From Saprospiraceae bacterium (lineage in GTDB: Bacteria > Bacteroidota > Bacteroidia > Chitinophagales > Saprospiraceae), in NCBI GenBank assembly GCA_026986005.1, contig JALSPK010000003.1:300-64299 (forward strand): a DNA stretch of 64,000 nucleotides, in the 5' to 3' direction. The notes under the pieces were generated by a model. The model saw only the letters and a list, made by a program, of their open reading frames with translations. It searched no databases and was not told where the DNA came from. Shown piece by piece: positions 1 to 9,600 of this stretch (its first letter is position 1; every line of letters starts with the position of its first letter). The position numbers and the translations under genes are program-made.

Positions 1-1
1 A

Positions 2-397
2 AATACTATTTTCAGTAATCCGGATTTAGTAAATGTTTCATCGTTTCCACCGGATTTGCATTTGACAAGTACATCACCTGCCATAGAATCAGGAACAAAT
101 AATGGCTTAAAAACTGACCGGGATAGCATACCGAGACCTTTATTATCAACAATAGACAAAGGTGCTTATGAATACGGTATTTATTGGACGGGACAGATTA
201 GTCACGATTGGCATACAGCTGGAAATTGGTCAAACAATCTTGTTCCCGGAGTAACAGACAATGTAACAATCCCACCGCCGGGATTTTATAAATACTATCC
301 TGAAGTAAACGCTAATGCGCAAATCCATAAGATGTATATTTATAATAATGCAAAAATATTAATTAAACCCGGTATTAATTTTGGAGTAGGCAATTGA
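2..397 (+). CDS. 3' end of a larger secreted repeat protein; the 5' end lies outside the window
   Basis: Frame 2 is open from the window edge (NTIFSNPDLVNVSSFPPDLHLTSTSPAIESGTNNG...), so the TTG at 56 in the ORF track is not the real start. The stop is at 395-397. PDLHL.S.SPAI.SG-type segments are typical of beta-helix/adhesin-like surface proteins. Confidence 0.5.
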   Translation, partial: NTIFSNPDLVNVSSFPPDLHLTSTSPAIESGTNNGLKTDRDSIPRPLLSTIDKGAYEYGIYWTGQISHDWHTAGNWSNNLVPGVTDNVTIPPPGFYKYYPEVNANAQIHKMYIYNNAKILIKPGINFGVGN

Positions 398-452
398 TAT
401 TAAACAGGATTTTTTATAAATAAAAATATACAAGAAAATATCTTGGAATAAC

Positions 453-1301
453 TTATAAAAATCCGTGGTAAACCAAATATTCTGCTACTATATCAAAACT
501 TAATTTTTTAGCTCTTCCATATTTATCAGTATTTGAATAATGTAGTTCAGCATGAGCGTCTTTAACACCTGGAACAGCCATAAGAACAGAAAGACTACGA
601 ATACTAGGATTAACCACAAATCTTCCTAATAATTTTCCTAATCTGTTATAAATATTGTATGTAGTAATTCCTTTTTTTTTGCGCTTATACATAAATGCAC
701 CAACAACTTCTCCTCCATCATAAATTTTAAGACTCTCATCAAGTCTCATTATACTAAAATTAGGATCTCTTTTTACCATATCTCCAAATTTTCCTACAGT
801 AGCTTTATAATTTTCCAATCTGGTTTTATTTATTGATTCAATTTTCGATAAATCTTTTTTCAATTGTCTAATGTTAAATCTTTTGGATATTATTTCTTCA
901 AAAATAGCATCTGTCATTTGATCCGTTTTGAAAAAACCTGCCTTTTTTAATCTTTTTGTAAGGTATTTCCTAAAATTAAATGTTTTAAAATCAGGAAGTA
1001 TCGCTTTTTTATCTATCCCGGGAGCAATATATAAATAGGTATAATAGGCAATTCGTGGTTTAGTTTCATTTGGCAATTGAGTGTAGTATATAGAAGTATC
1101 CTTTATTATTAAAATATCATTTCCATCATTATCTTTCAAAACAAAGTTGCCCCTTTTAATGAAACTTCCTTTTTTAGTTCTTATAAAATCATATTTTTTA
1201 ACTTTGTCTACAAGTATTTTATCCTTTTTGTATTTTACTTTTTGAGAAAATACAGGATTAAAAACAATTAAGCCTAACAATAGAAACAATACTTTTTTCA
1301 T
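453..1301 (-). CDS. Hypothetical secreted protein or lipoprotein (282 aa)
   Basis: Long ORF with an N-terminal signal peptide (MKKVLFLLLGLIVFNPVFSQ). Lys-rich. No family recognised. Confidence 0.7.
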   Translation of the reverse strand: MKKVLFLLLGLIVFNPVFSQKVKYKKDKILVDKVKKYDFIRTKKGSFIKRGNFVLKDNDGNDILIIKDTSIYYTQLPNETKPRIAYYTYLYIAPGIDKKAILPDFKTFNFRKYLTKRLKKAGFFKTDQMTDAIFEEIISKRFNIRQLKKDLSKIESINKTRLENYKATVGKFGDMVKRDPNFSIMRLDESLKIYDGGEVVGAFMYKRKKKGITTYNIYNRLGKLLGRFVVNPSIRSLSVLMAVPGVKDAHAELHYSNTDKYGRAKKLSFDIVAEYLVYHGFL

Positions 1302-1404
1302 AAATACATAATTTGAATTAATAAAAATTTTTAAACGATTTCATTATCATGTGCAAATATATAAAAATATATAAAGAATTATAATTATTTTCTCGGTGTC
1401 TATT

Positions 1405-1451
1405 TAGTGTCTGTCTATAAAGTCGTCAAAATTGAAAAAATAATCTTTTCG
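1405..1451 (+). repeat. Partial (5' arm) copy of the MITE-like element found at 15230-15559
   Basis: tagtgtctgtctataaagtcgtcaaaattgaaaaaataatcttttcg aligns with the first ~47 nt of the 164-bp element (tagtgtctgtccacaaagtcattaaaatataaaaataatcttttcg). Similarity is lost after that point. Confidence 0.6.
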
Positions 1452-1508
1452 TTATATCATATAACTACACAGATAGGAGCATTTTGGCTGAAAAACGTTC
1501 TTTTTGCA

Positions 1509-1673
1509 TTAAAATTTATCAATACGAAAAGCCCTGTCGGTTGCTTGAGCTTCAACAGCCGGATTCCACCACAAATCGTAATGAATTACATGAACGCTAC
1601 CTTTATGATAATAGTCATTTCTAACAGCTGTTGCCAAATCAGGACAATCATTGAAAATTGCACTTAGGTCCCT
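1509..1673 (-). pseudogene. Remnant of an SNF2-family helicase C-terminal domain (motif VI region)
   Basis: The minus-strand translation reads [51 protein letters not shown]. The block [21 protein letters not shown] matches SNF2 helicase motif VI (yD.WWNPa.E.QA.DRahRIGQ). There is no start codon, a stop lies just upstream in frame, and further out-of-frame fragments (e.g. EEFFKAFKILKEIASV) lie up to about 1800. Confidence 0.5.
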
Positions 1674-1851
1674 TTAACATATTTTTTCAAAACTGTAACA
1701 CTAGCGATTTCCTTGAGGATTTTGAAGGCTTTAAAGAACTCTTCAGATTATCATGACTTCAAAGCCGGCTTCAAAATATCTCTACCAATATGTTGTTCCC
1801 AGTACAAGATCAGAGCAAGCTAATACCTCCTGACCTATTGGCCAAGATAAC

Positions 1852-4521
1852 TTAATCAATCTTTTTACCATTCAAGGCCACTAGTGAATCTTCAAGTATT
1901 TTTATTCTTTCTTCTCCATCAGATAGTTTTTTCCTTTCCATCCCAACAACCGCTTCCGGAGCATTATTTACAAATCCTTGATTGCTAAGTTTTTTATTTA
2001 TACTAGCAACAAATCCCTTTTGATATTCTATTTCTTTTTTTATTTTTTCTATTTCTGCATCCACATCTATCTCAACATTAGATTCAAGCATAAATTTCTC
2101 ATTTGCTGCCATGAAAGGGATCGTATTTTCTACCTCATCTACTTCGACTAATTCAAACTCTGAAATAAAAGCTTGCTTCAATATTGTCTCTTTTATACCT
2201 GCTAATTCATTGGAATTTAACAGAACCAAAATAGAATCTGACTTCTTAGCATATAGTTTAAGTTTATCTTTGGGTTTAAGTCCCTTCGAATTCCTTACTT
2301 CTCTGATTTTGGTTACTATTATTTTTATTTTTTCTATTTTATCAAGCAAATCCTTATCGCAACCCGAAGATTTGGGATAATCACTTACCACACAATCTTC
2401 TCCATCCTTTCTTTCCTTTATATAATGCCATATTTCCTCTGTGATAAAAGGCATAAAGGGGTGCAACAAGGTCAATGTTGTCTCAAATAGTTCAATAGTT
2501 GTATCCAAGGTATTTTTATCTATTGGTTGTCCAAACGCTGGTTTTATCACTTCCAAATACCATGAAAAAAAATCATTCCAAATGAATTTGTACAATGTCA
2601 TCAAAGCTTCTGATAGTTTGTATTTTTCATACAATTCTTCTAACTCTTCAATAACCTGATTTAAGCGATTGTTCATCCAATCCAAAGCTAGAGTATTCTC
2701 AACTGGAGTTGCTAAGGTATCATCAACTTCCCAGCCTTTAATCAATCTCATCGCATTCCAGAGTTTATTACTGAAATTCCTTCCCTGTTCGACCAGCTTT
2801 TCGTCGAAAAGCAAATCTCCCCCTGCAGGCGAACTACTAAGCATTCCAAAACGAACTCCATCAGCTCCAAAATCTTCAATCAGTTTTAATGCATCGGGAG
2901 AATTTCCAAGGGATTTGCTCATCTTTCTGCGTTTCTTATCCCTTACCATACCTGTAAAATAAACATGCTTAAAAGGCTTTTCTTTCTTCCATTCATATCC
3001 GGCCATTATCATTCTTGCTACCCATAGGAATATAATATCCCATCCTGTCACAAGTACGGTAGTTGGATAATAATAATCTATTTCTTTTTGATCAAAAAAA
3101 CCATTAAATACTGAAATCGGCCACAACCAAGAGCTAAACCATGTATCCAATGCATCTTCATCTTGTTTTAAATCGTTTGCTGTCAAATCAGGATTACCTG
3201 TCTCTTTAATAGCTATATTAAGTGCCTCATGAGCATTTTCTGCAACAAAAGTTCTAGTCTCTCCTTCAACCTCTAGATACCAAGCGGGAATCCTATGCCC
3301 CCACCACAGTTGGCGTGAAATTGTCCAAGGACGAATATTTTCAAGCCAATGCTTATATGTATTTTTTTGGTTTTTTGGAAAAAACTCAATGACATCTTCC
3401 ATCACAGATTTAAGCGCCGGCTCAGCCAATTCCTCTGTTCTCACATACCACTGCTCCGACAATCTTGGTTCGACGACTGAATTCGTCCTTTCTGATCGAC
3501 CTACACTATGATTATATTCCTCTATTTTCACTAAATGCCCTGATTTTTCCAAGTCTTCAGTTATTAACTTCCTTACTTCAAATCTATCTTTTCCTATATA
3601 AAACTGCGCTTCCTCACTCATAGTACCATCTTCATTGAAGATATCAATGGTTTCAAGATTATGCCTTTGACCGATCTCATAATCATTTGGATCGTGAGCA
3701 GGTGTTATTTTCAATGAACCTGTACCAAATTCTATATCCACATATCTGTCAAAAATAATCGGCACTACCCTATTTACCATAGGCACAATCACTTTTTTTC
3801 CTTCAAGATGTTGATACCTCTCATCCTTTGGGTTGACCGCAACAGCTGTATCGCCCAAAATTGTTTCGGGTCTAGTAGTAGCAATTGTCAGATATTCATC
3901 TTCAGAACCTTCTATTTTGTATCTTATATGATAAAGGTGACCGGGTTCATCGTTGTATATGACTTCTTCATTGGACAAAACTGTTTTAGCCTCCGGATCC
4001 CAATTTATAATTCTAAGTCCTTTATAAATACTTCCCTTGTTATACAAGTCAACAAAAGCTTTTGTCACATGTTCAGATCGTACTTCATCCATGGTAAAAG
4101 AAGTCCTTTCCCAATCACATGATGCTCCCAATTTTCGCAATTGTTGCAGAATAATACCGCCATATTCTTCTTTCCACTCCCATGCGTATTTTAAAAATTC
4201 TTCTCTTGATATTTCAGACTTTTTTATACCTTTTTCGCGAAGCATTCTTACCACTTTAGCCTCGGTAGCAATAGATGCATGATCCGTTCCAGGTACCCAA
4301 CAAGCATTTTTACCTTCAAGTCTTGCCTTCCGAATAAGGATATCTTGAATTGTATTATTCAACATATGTCCCATATGCAACTTACCTGTCACGTTTGGTG
4401 GGGGAATAACAATCGTATAAGGTTCTCTTTCATCAGGTTCCGAATGAAAATAATTGTTTTTTATCCAATAATCATACCATTTTGATTCTATCGAGGAATC
4501 ATATCTTGTAGGGATTTCCAT
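1852..4521 (-). CDS. valS: Valine--tRNA ligase
   Basis: 889 aa. Class I aaRS motifs HMGH (PPPNVTGKLHMGH) and KMSKS (RKMSKSLGN), plus a C-terminal coiled coil typical of ValRS. Confidence 0.97.
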   Translation of the reverse strand: MEIPTRYDSSIESKWYDYWIKNNYFHSEPDEREPYTIVIPPPNVTGKLHMGHMLNNTIQDILIRKARLEGKNACWVPGTDHASIATEAKVVRMLREKGIKKSEISREEFLKYAWEWKEEYGGIILQQLRKLGASCDWERTSFTMDEVRSEHVTKAFVDLYNKGSIYKGLRIINWDPEAKTVLSNEEVIYNDEPGHLYHIRYKIEGSEDEYLTIATTRPETILGDTAVAVNPKDERYQHLEGKKVIVPMVNRVVPIIFDRYVDIEFGTGSLKITPAHDPNDYEIGQRHNLETIDIFNEDGTMSEEAQFYIGKDRFEVRKLITEDLEKSGHLVKIEEYNHSVGRSERTNSVVEPRLSEQWYVRTEELAEPALKSVMEDVIEFFPKNQKNTYKHWLENIRPWTISRQLWWGHRIPAWYLEVEGETRTFVAENAHEALNIAIKETGNPDLTANDLKQDEDALDTWFSSWLWPISVFNGFFDQKEIDYYYPTTVLVTGWDIIFLWVARMIMAGYEWKKEKPFKHVYFTGMVRDKKRRKMSKSLGNSPDALKLIEDFGADGVRFGMLSSSPAGGDLLFDEKLVEQGRNFSNKLWNAMRLIKGWEVDDTLATPVENTLALDWMNNRLNQVIEELEELYEKYKLSEALMTLYKFIWNDFFSWYLEVIKPAFGQPIDKNTLDTTIELFETTLTLLHPFMPFITEEIWHYIKERKDGEDCVVSDYPKSSGCDKDLLDKIEKIKIIVTKIREVRNSKGLKPKDKLKLYAKKSDSILVLLNSNELAGIKETILKQAFISEFELVEVDEVENTIPFMAANEKFMLESNVEIDVDAEIEKIKKEIEYQKGFVASINKKLSNQGFVNNAPEAVVGMERKKLSDGEERIKILEDSLVALNGKKID

Positions 4522-4544
4522 ATCTTTTCTTTAATTTTGAAGCG

Positions 4545-4552
4545 CAAAGGTA
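4545..4552 (-). promoter_or_regulatory. Bacteroidota-type -7 promoter box (TACCTTTG) for valS
   Basis: The reverse complement of caaaggta is TACCTTTG, which fits TAnnTTTG. It lies 24 nt upstream of the valS ATG. Confidence 0.5.
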
Positions 4553-4784
4553 ATTAAATCAAAGTGTATTACCAAATTGAAACAAGATGTACGTAATAAA
4601 TATTTTTCGAATCAACCACAAAGTCTCAGACTCAATACACCCAAGACGCCAAACACTATTTTTAAATAAGGTGTAGTGTGATAAGGACTTTAAAGGGTGC
4701 ATCAATATGGTTTTAAATCCGCATTTTAGATAGATGCAAGAAAAGCACTTAATTTTAAAATTCAGTACTTTTCAAATCAATAAC

Positions 4785-6548
4785 TTACCTGAATTCTATA
4801 TCATATGGCATTCTCGCTTGAGGCTGTGCAATCAACGACTTATCATTGATAACCTCTAGCATTGGTTTAAATTCTTTTATGTATTTTGAATTCAATATCT
4901 TTGAATCAATATCCGAATTTTCCATTATTTCCTGCAATAATTCCTGCACAATATTCCTTTTGATTTTAGGATAAGTGGATAAAGAATAGTCATCCAAACC
5001 GACAACATCTGCACATATTTTTACTGCGTCATCCAAATCACCTAATACATCAACCAAACCCAGCTCTTTAGCTTTAGAGCCCAACCAAATTCGTCCCTGT
5101 GCTATTTCATGTACTTGATCTCTTGTCATATTTCTTCCCTTAGCCACCCTATTTAGAAAATCTTCATAAAACTTATCAATGTATGCTTGTATAAGCTCTT
5201 TTCCATTATCGTCCATTCCCATTGATGTCGAAAATGACAAGCCCATCTTATGAGTTTTTACAGAATCAAAATGAATTTTAAGCTTATCCTCCCATAGTTT
5301 CTTTAGTTCGGGTATGACAGCAAAAACTCCAATTGAACCTGTCAATGTATTAGGAGACGCAACAATAGTATCCGCATGACATGAAATAAAATAACCTCCT
5401 GAAGCAGCATAATCCCCCATGGAAACAACTACGGGTTTTCCAGCCTCACGTATTTTATCCAAAGCTCTTAAAATATCGTCAGAAGCAGAACCGCTACCAC
5501 CCGGAGAATTGACTCTTACTACCACTCCTTTTATTTTATCTTTTCTCAATATATCATCAAATGTTTTGGCATACTTTTCAGGTGAGATTATTCCGGGACC
5601 TTTACCTGTGTTCACTATATTACCATCCATATATACAACAGCAATCTTATTTTTAGATATCTTACTTTCTTTTTTCCTTATTGACCTTGCATACTTTGAA
5701 ATATTAATTAACTTTAGTCTTTTGCTCTTTTTCAATCCTATTTTCTCCTTCAATAAATTCACAAAATCAATATCATAAAGCAGTGAATCAACCAAATGAT
5801 ATTTTACTCCATTTGACGCAAAAAGTCCTTTAAAATCATTGACAAAAACTTCAAGACTATCTTTATTCAACAATACTCTACTTGCTAAAAGGGTGTCTCT
5901 GGTTTGTTCGTATAGTCCATTGTAAAATTCGTGCAATTGCAGTCTGTTTTGCTCGCTCATTTTATTCAATCTCAATGGCTCGGTAGCACTTTTAAATTTA
6001 CCGGCATAAAATATATTGTACTTTACACCAATGTTGTCCATAAACTCTTTTAAAAATGCTGAAGCTCTGGCAAACCCTGCTTTTTGTATCATTCCTCCCG
6101 GATTCAAGAAAACAGAATCACATGTAGATGCCATATAATACGTCAAAGGTGTGTACAGATTACTATATGCATAGACAAACTTACCGCTTGATTTGAAATC
6201 CTGTATAGCTTTTCTAAATATATCGGCGGAGGTATAACCCATTGATGGAGCAACAGGCTCAAAATAAATTCCTTTAATCTTACTATCTGTCTTTGCCGCT
6301 TTTATCGCTTTCACGATTTTGCCTAAGTCAGTAGAATTCTCATTGTAAAACAGTACCTTAAATTTATCCTCTTTCTCAACTCTCTCCTTGACTACTCCAT
6401 TTAATTTTATATGCAATATTGAATTTGAACTTACATTTGGAGCTTTATCTGAAAAAACACCAAAGAGCATAAATACTGCGATAAACAATAAAAAGAAAAG
6501 TAGTGTCCCTAGACATGACGCAAAAATTTTACCTATAAATGATTTCAT
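4785..6548 (-). CDS. sppA: Signal peptide peptidase SppA, 67K type
   Basis: 587 aa. N-terminal TM segment and duplicated ClpP/crotonase-like halves. Ser nucleophile context TGSIGVF and GDYAASGGYF. Confidence 0.9.
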   Translation of the reverse strand: MKSFIGKIFASCLGTLLFFLLFIAVFMLFGVFSDKAPNVSSNSILHIKLNGVVKERVEKEDKFKVLFYNENSTDLGKIVKAIKAAKTDSKIKGIYFEPVAPSMGYTSADIFRKAIQDFKSSGKFVYAYSNLYTPLTYYMASTCDSVFLNPGGMIQKAGFARASAFLKEFMDNIGVKYNIFYAGKFKSATEPLRLNKMSEQNRLQLHEFYNGLYEQTRDTLLASRVLLNKDSLEVFVNDFKGLFASNGVKYHLVDSLLYDIDFVNLLKEKIGLKKSKRLKLINISKYARSIRKKESKISKNKIAVVYMDGNIVNTGKGPGIISPEKYAKTFDDILRKDKIKGVVVRVNSPGGSGSASDDILRALDKIREAGKPVVVSMGDYAASGGYFISCHADTIVASPNTLTGSIGVFAVIPELKKLWEDKLKIHFDSVKTHKMGLSFSTSMGMDDNGKELIQAYIDKFYEDFLNRVAKGRNMTRDQVHEIAQGRIWLGSKAKELGLVDVLGDLDDAVKICADVVGLDDYSLSTYPKIKRNIVQELLQEIMENSDIDSKILNSKYIKEFKPMLEVINDKSLIAQPQARMPYDIEFR

Positions 6549-6697
6549 TTCACTTGTTTTTTAATTATAAGCCACAAATGTATTTATTCTATCCTGAATT
6601 AAATAATATAATAGATAAACTTGTTAAAGAATTCGATAAAACTTCTTACTATTTTGTGTGTTTGCAAAAAAAATATAATATCTTTGTTTTAGAAGCT

Positions 6698-9600
6698 ATG
6701 AAAAAATCGTTTACTATATTCGTTTTGTTCCTGTTTGCATTTTCGTTAAATGCACAAGTGAAGATAAAAGTATGCAACAATACAGACTTTACTCCTACAG
6801 ATTTAATTCTAAATGAATTTCTTGGGGATGGAGTAGAAGTCCTAGATGTTAAGTATACCGGAGAATATATCTCTTCAGGAAAATTCTCAAATATAGGTGA
6901 TGTAATCGGAATAGATAAGGGAATATTATTGACTACAGGAGAGGCGGCGATGGCTTCTTTTCCAAACAGCACTTCAAAACAATCAAGTTATAGCTCAGGT
7001 TTGGGAGATGATCAAGACCTGAGAAAAGCAGCAGAAACTTCTGAGCCACTATATGACATATGTGAATTTGAAATAACATTCAGACCTTTTTCAGACTCTC
7101 TATCATTTAGGTATGTTTTTGCTTCTAATGAATATCCCGAATTCTCTTGTGATTCATTCAATGATGTTTTTGGTTTTTTTATTTCGGGACAAAACCCCTC
7201 AGGTGGGTTTTATGATTACGAAAACATAGCCCTAATACCGGAAACGAATCTCGCTGTTTCAATTAAAAACATTCATCCGGAATACAATGAAGGGGGGAAA
7301 CCATATTGCACACCTATTCACGATGAATACTACACACCTTTAGCACCGGAATCAGCATATAAAATGTTTTATGACGGATACATAAATATATTTACAGCTG
7401 AAGCCAAAGTAGTACCTTGTGAAACTTATAAAATAAAAATAGCCATTGCAGATGTCAAAGACAAGTCCCATGATTCCGCAGTTTTTTTAGAAGCAAAGAG
7501 TTTTAGCACTAATGTATTAAAAACAGATTTGATTACAGCTAGCCACGATAGTACAATTGCCGAAGGATGTACTGACGCCTCATTAATTTTCAATTTTGAC
7601 AACCCTATATCTGATAAATACGACCTCCATCTTCGCTTATTGACAAATAGCTCAATTAGTAATTTGGCCACATACGATATAGATTATACCACAAATCTCA
7701 ATACAACCTCGTCCATAAAAAAGGGACAACAATCCGCTATTATAAACTTTACCGCTCTAGATGATAACATAATCGAAAATCAAGAAATTATCGCTCTGGA
7801 ATACCAAAAAGATCTTTGCAATAAAGATACGATATACATTAAAATTTCGGATAATGATTTAGCTAATATAATTATTACCGACTCATTAACTGTTTGCCAA
7901 GGTGACACCGTCAATATAAATGCTCAGTTATCATCAGATAGTAATTCGTCAAAAGACAAATACTTCCGCAATAATAAAAACTATACAATTCCAAAAGAAT
8001 TAAATGGAACTATTAATTCACCTATAACTGTTAGTGGAATTTTTCCTGATGATATCCAATTGTGGAAACTCAAGGAAATTTGTATCGACACACTTATAGC
8101 AACAGTGTTGACAGATTTGGACATATATCTTATATCTCCTTTACCGGATACTATAAAATTGGAATTGAGCACTGATAATGGCTACAAAAATGGAGATTTG
8201 GAAGATGTGGACACAATGATCAATACATGTTTTACTCCAACAGCTACTAAACCTATAAATAACGGCAACTATGTCCAAGGAGCTTTTGATCCTCTAAACC
8301 CCACATTTACAGGGCAGTTCAAACCGGAAGGGTATTTTGATGACCTTACGGGTAAAAAAGCAAATGGATTCTGGAATCTGCAAATAGTTAATGATGAAGA
8401 AGGTTTTGTAAGTGAATTAAAATCATGGCATATCGCTTTTAAATCAAATTATACGATTGATTACAATTGGACTCCAAGCTATAATATCAGCTGCAATAAT
8501 TGCTTGTCTCCTGATATTTACCCACAAAAAGACACTTTTTACAAAATATCCCTGACTGACTCTTATGGTTGTTCTTCATCAGATTCACTAAGAGCGGTAA
8601 TCAAAAAACTTAAAACTATCCCTTTTGTAGATTGCGACTCTATATCTACAGATTTCATCAGAATAAAATGGGGAATAAACACTCCCGGTGAAACTTATGA
8701 GATAAAAGTCAACAATGGAGAGTGGAAAGAAATAACAAAAAATAATTTTTCACAATCAGGACTAGGATTTTTAGAGACGATCAATTTCGAAATAAGGATT
8801 AAAAGCGATGATTGTATTAACACCTCGTTTTTTCATCAATGTACTACCTACCCTTGTCCCGCTCCTACTATTGACATAGTATCTGTTGTAGATAACAAAT
8901 GCTTTTCAGATGCAAATGGCGAGATAAAGTTGGAGGCTTCAGGAACTAAAGCACCGTATTCTTTCAAATATCATAACCAAGTAAATAATACAGGATATTT
9001 TAATAACTTACCGACAGGTACTGATACAATATTTATTACTGATGGTGACGCATGCTCGATTCCTTTTGTGTTTACAATAAGTTCGCCGAATCAAATAGGC
9101 GCTGACTTCACAATTGAAAAAATAAAATGTCACAATGAAAAAAATGGTACAATAACAGCCAATGGTTTTGGAGGAAAGGGGGATTTGAAGTACAAATGGC
9201 TTGAAAAGTCTAATAATAAAGTATATACATCTAAAAGCATTAGTAATTTGAAAAATGGACTATATTATATTACTATTACAGATGACAATGCTTGCTCCTA
9301 CATAGATTCAATAACCCTTGACAACCCAAGCCGCATTGTAGTAAAAGACTCAATTGTTAATATAGTTTGTAAAGGAGAAAATACAGGGGAGATCCGGCTC
9401 AAAACTTACGGTGGCACACCACCTTATGTTTATCATTGGAATACTCCTCTTGGAAATAGCACAATAAAAGACTTGACCGGTATACCGTCTGGACAATATT
9501 TTTTAACTGTTACTGATGATAATAATTGTCAAGTGATAAAATCCTACTCAATAACTGAACCTGCAGATGGCCTTGATATAAATTATAATATAAAGGATTC

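Noticed and set aside
672-680. T9 (A9 on the coding strand) homopolymer inside the 453-1301 gene as a slipped-strand switch
   Set aside because: It encodes a KKK stretch in a Lys-rich protein. Homopolymers of this length are common throughout this AT-rich window, including in intergenic regions.
1407-1667. 86-aa plus-strand ORF from the ORF track
   Set aside because: It starts inside the partial MITE copy and runs antisense to the SNF2 helicase remnant. The minus-strand frame carries the recognisable helicase motif. This is most likely a shadow ORF.
2111-4485. Several 68-104 aa plus-strand ORFs inside valS
   Set aside because: They are antisense shadow ORFs within a well-supported, motif-bearing valS reading frame. 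Their composition is low-complexity (Ser/Phe/Ile-rich), typical of antisense translation in AT-rich DNA. The same applies to the antisense ORFs inside sppA, ftsK, ppk1, the giant cargo genes and others.
4612-4700. Weak resemblance to the MITE TIR (ccacaaagtc, and an acacta...tagtgt inverted pair) upstream of valS
   Set aside because: Only a 10-mer and a 6-bp inverted pair match. Matches this short are expected by chance across 64 kb on both strands.
6539-6697. N-terminal 53-aa extension of the 1583-aa ORF
   Set aside because: The extension overlaps the sppA start and has no signal peptide. A canonical signal peptide (MKKSFTIFVLFLFAFSLNAQ) begins at 6698.
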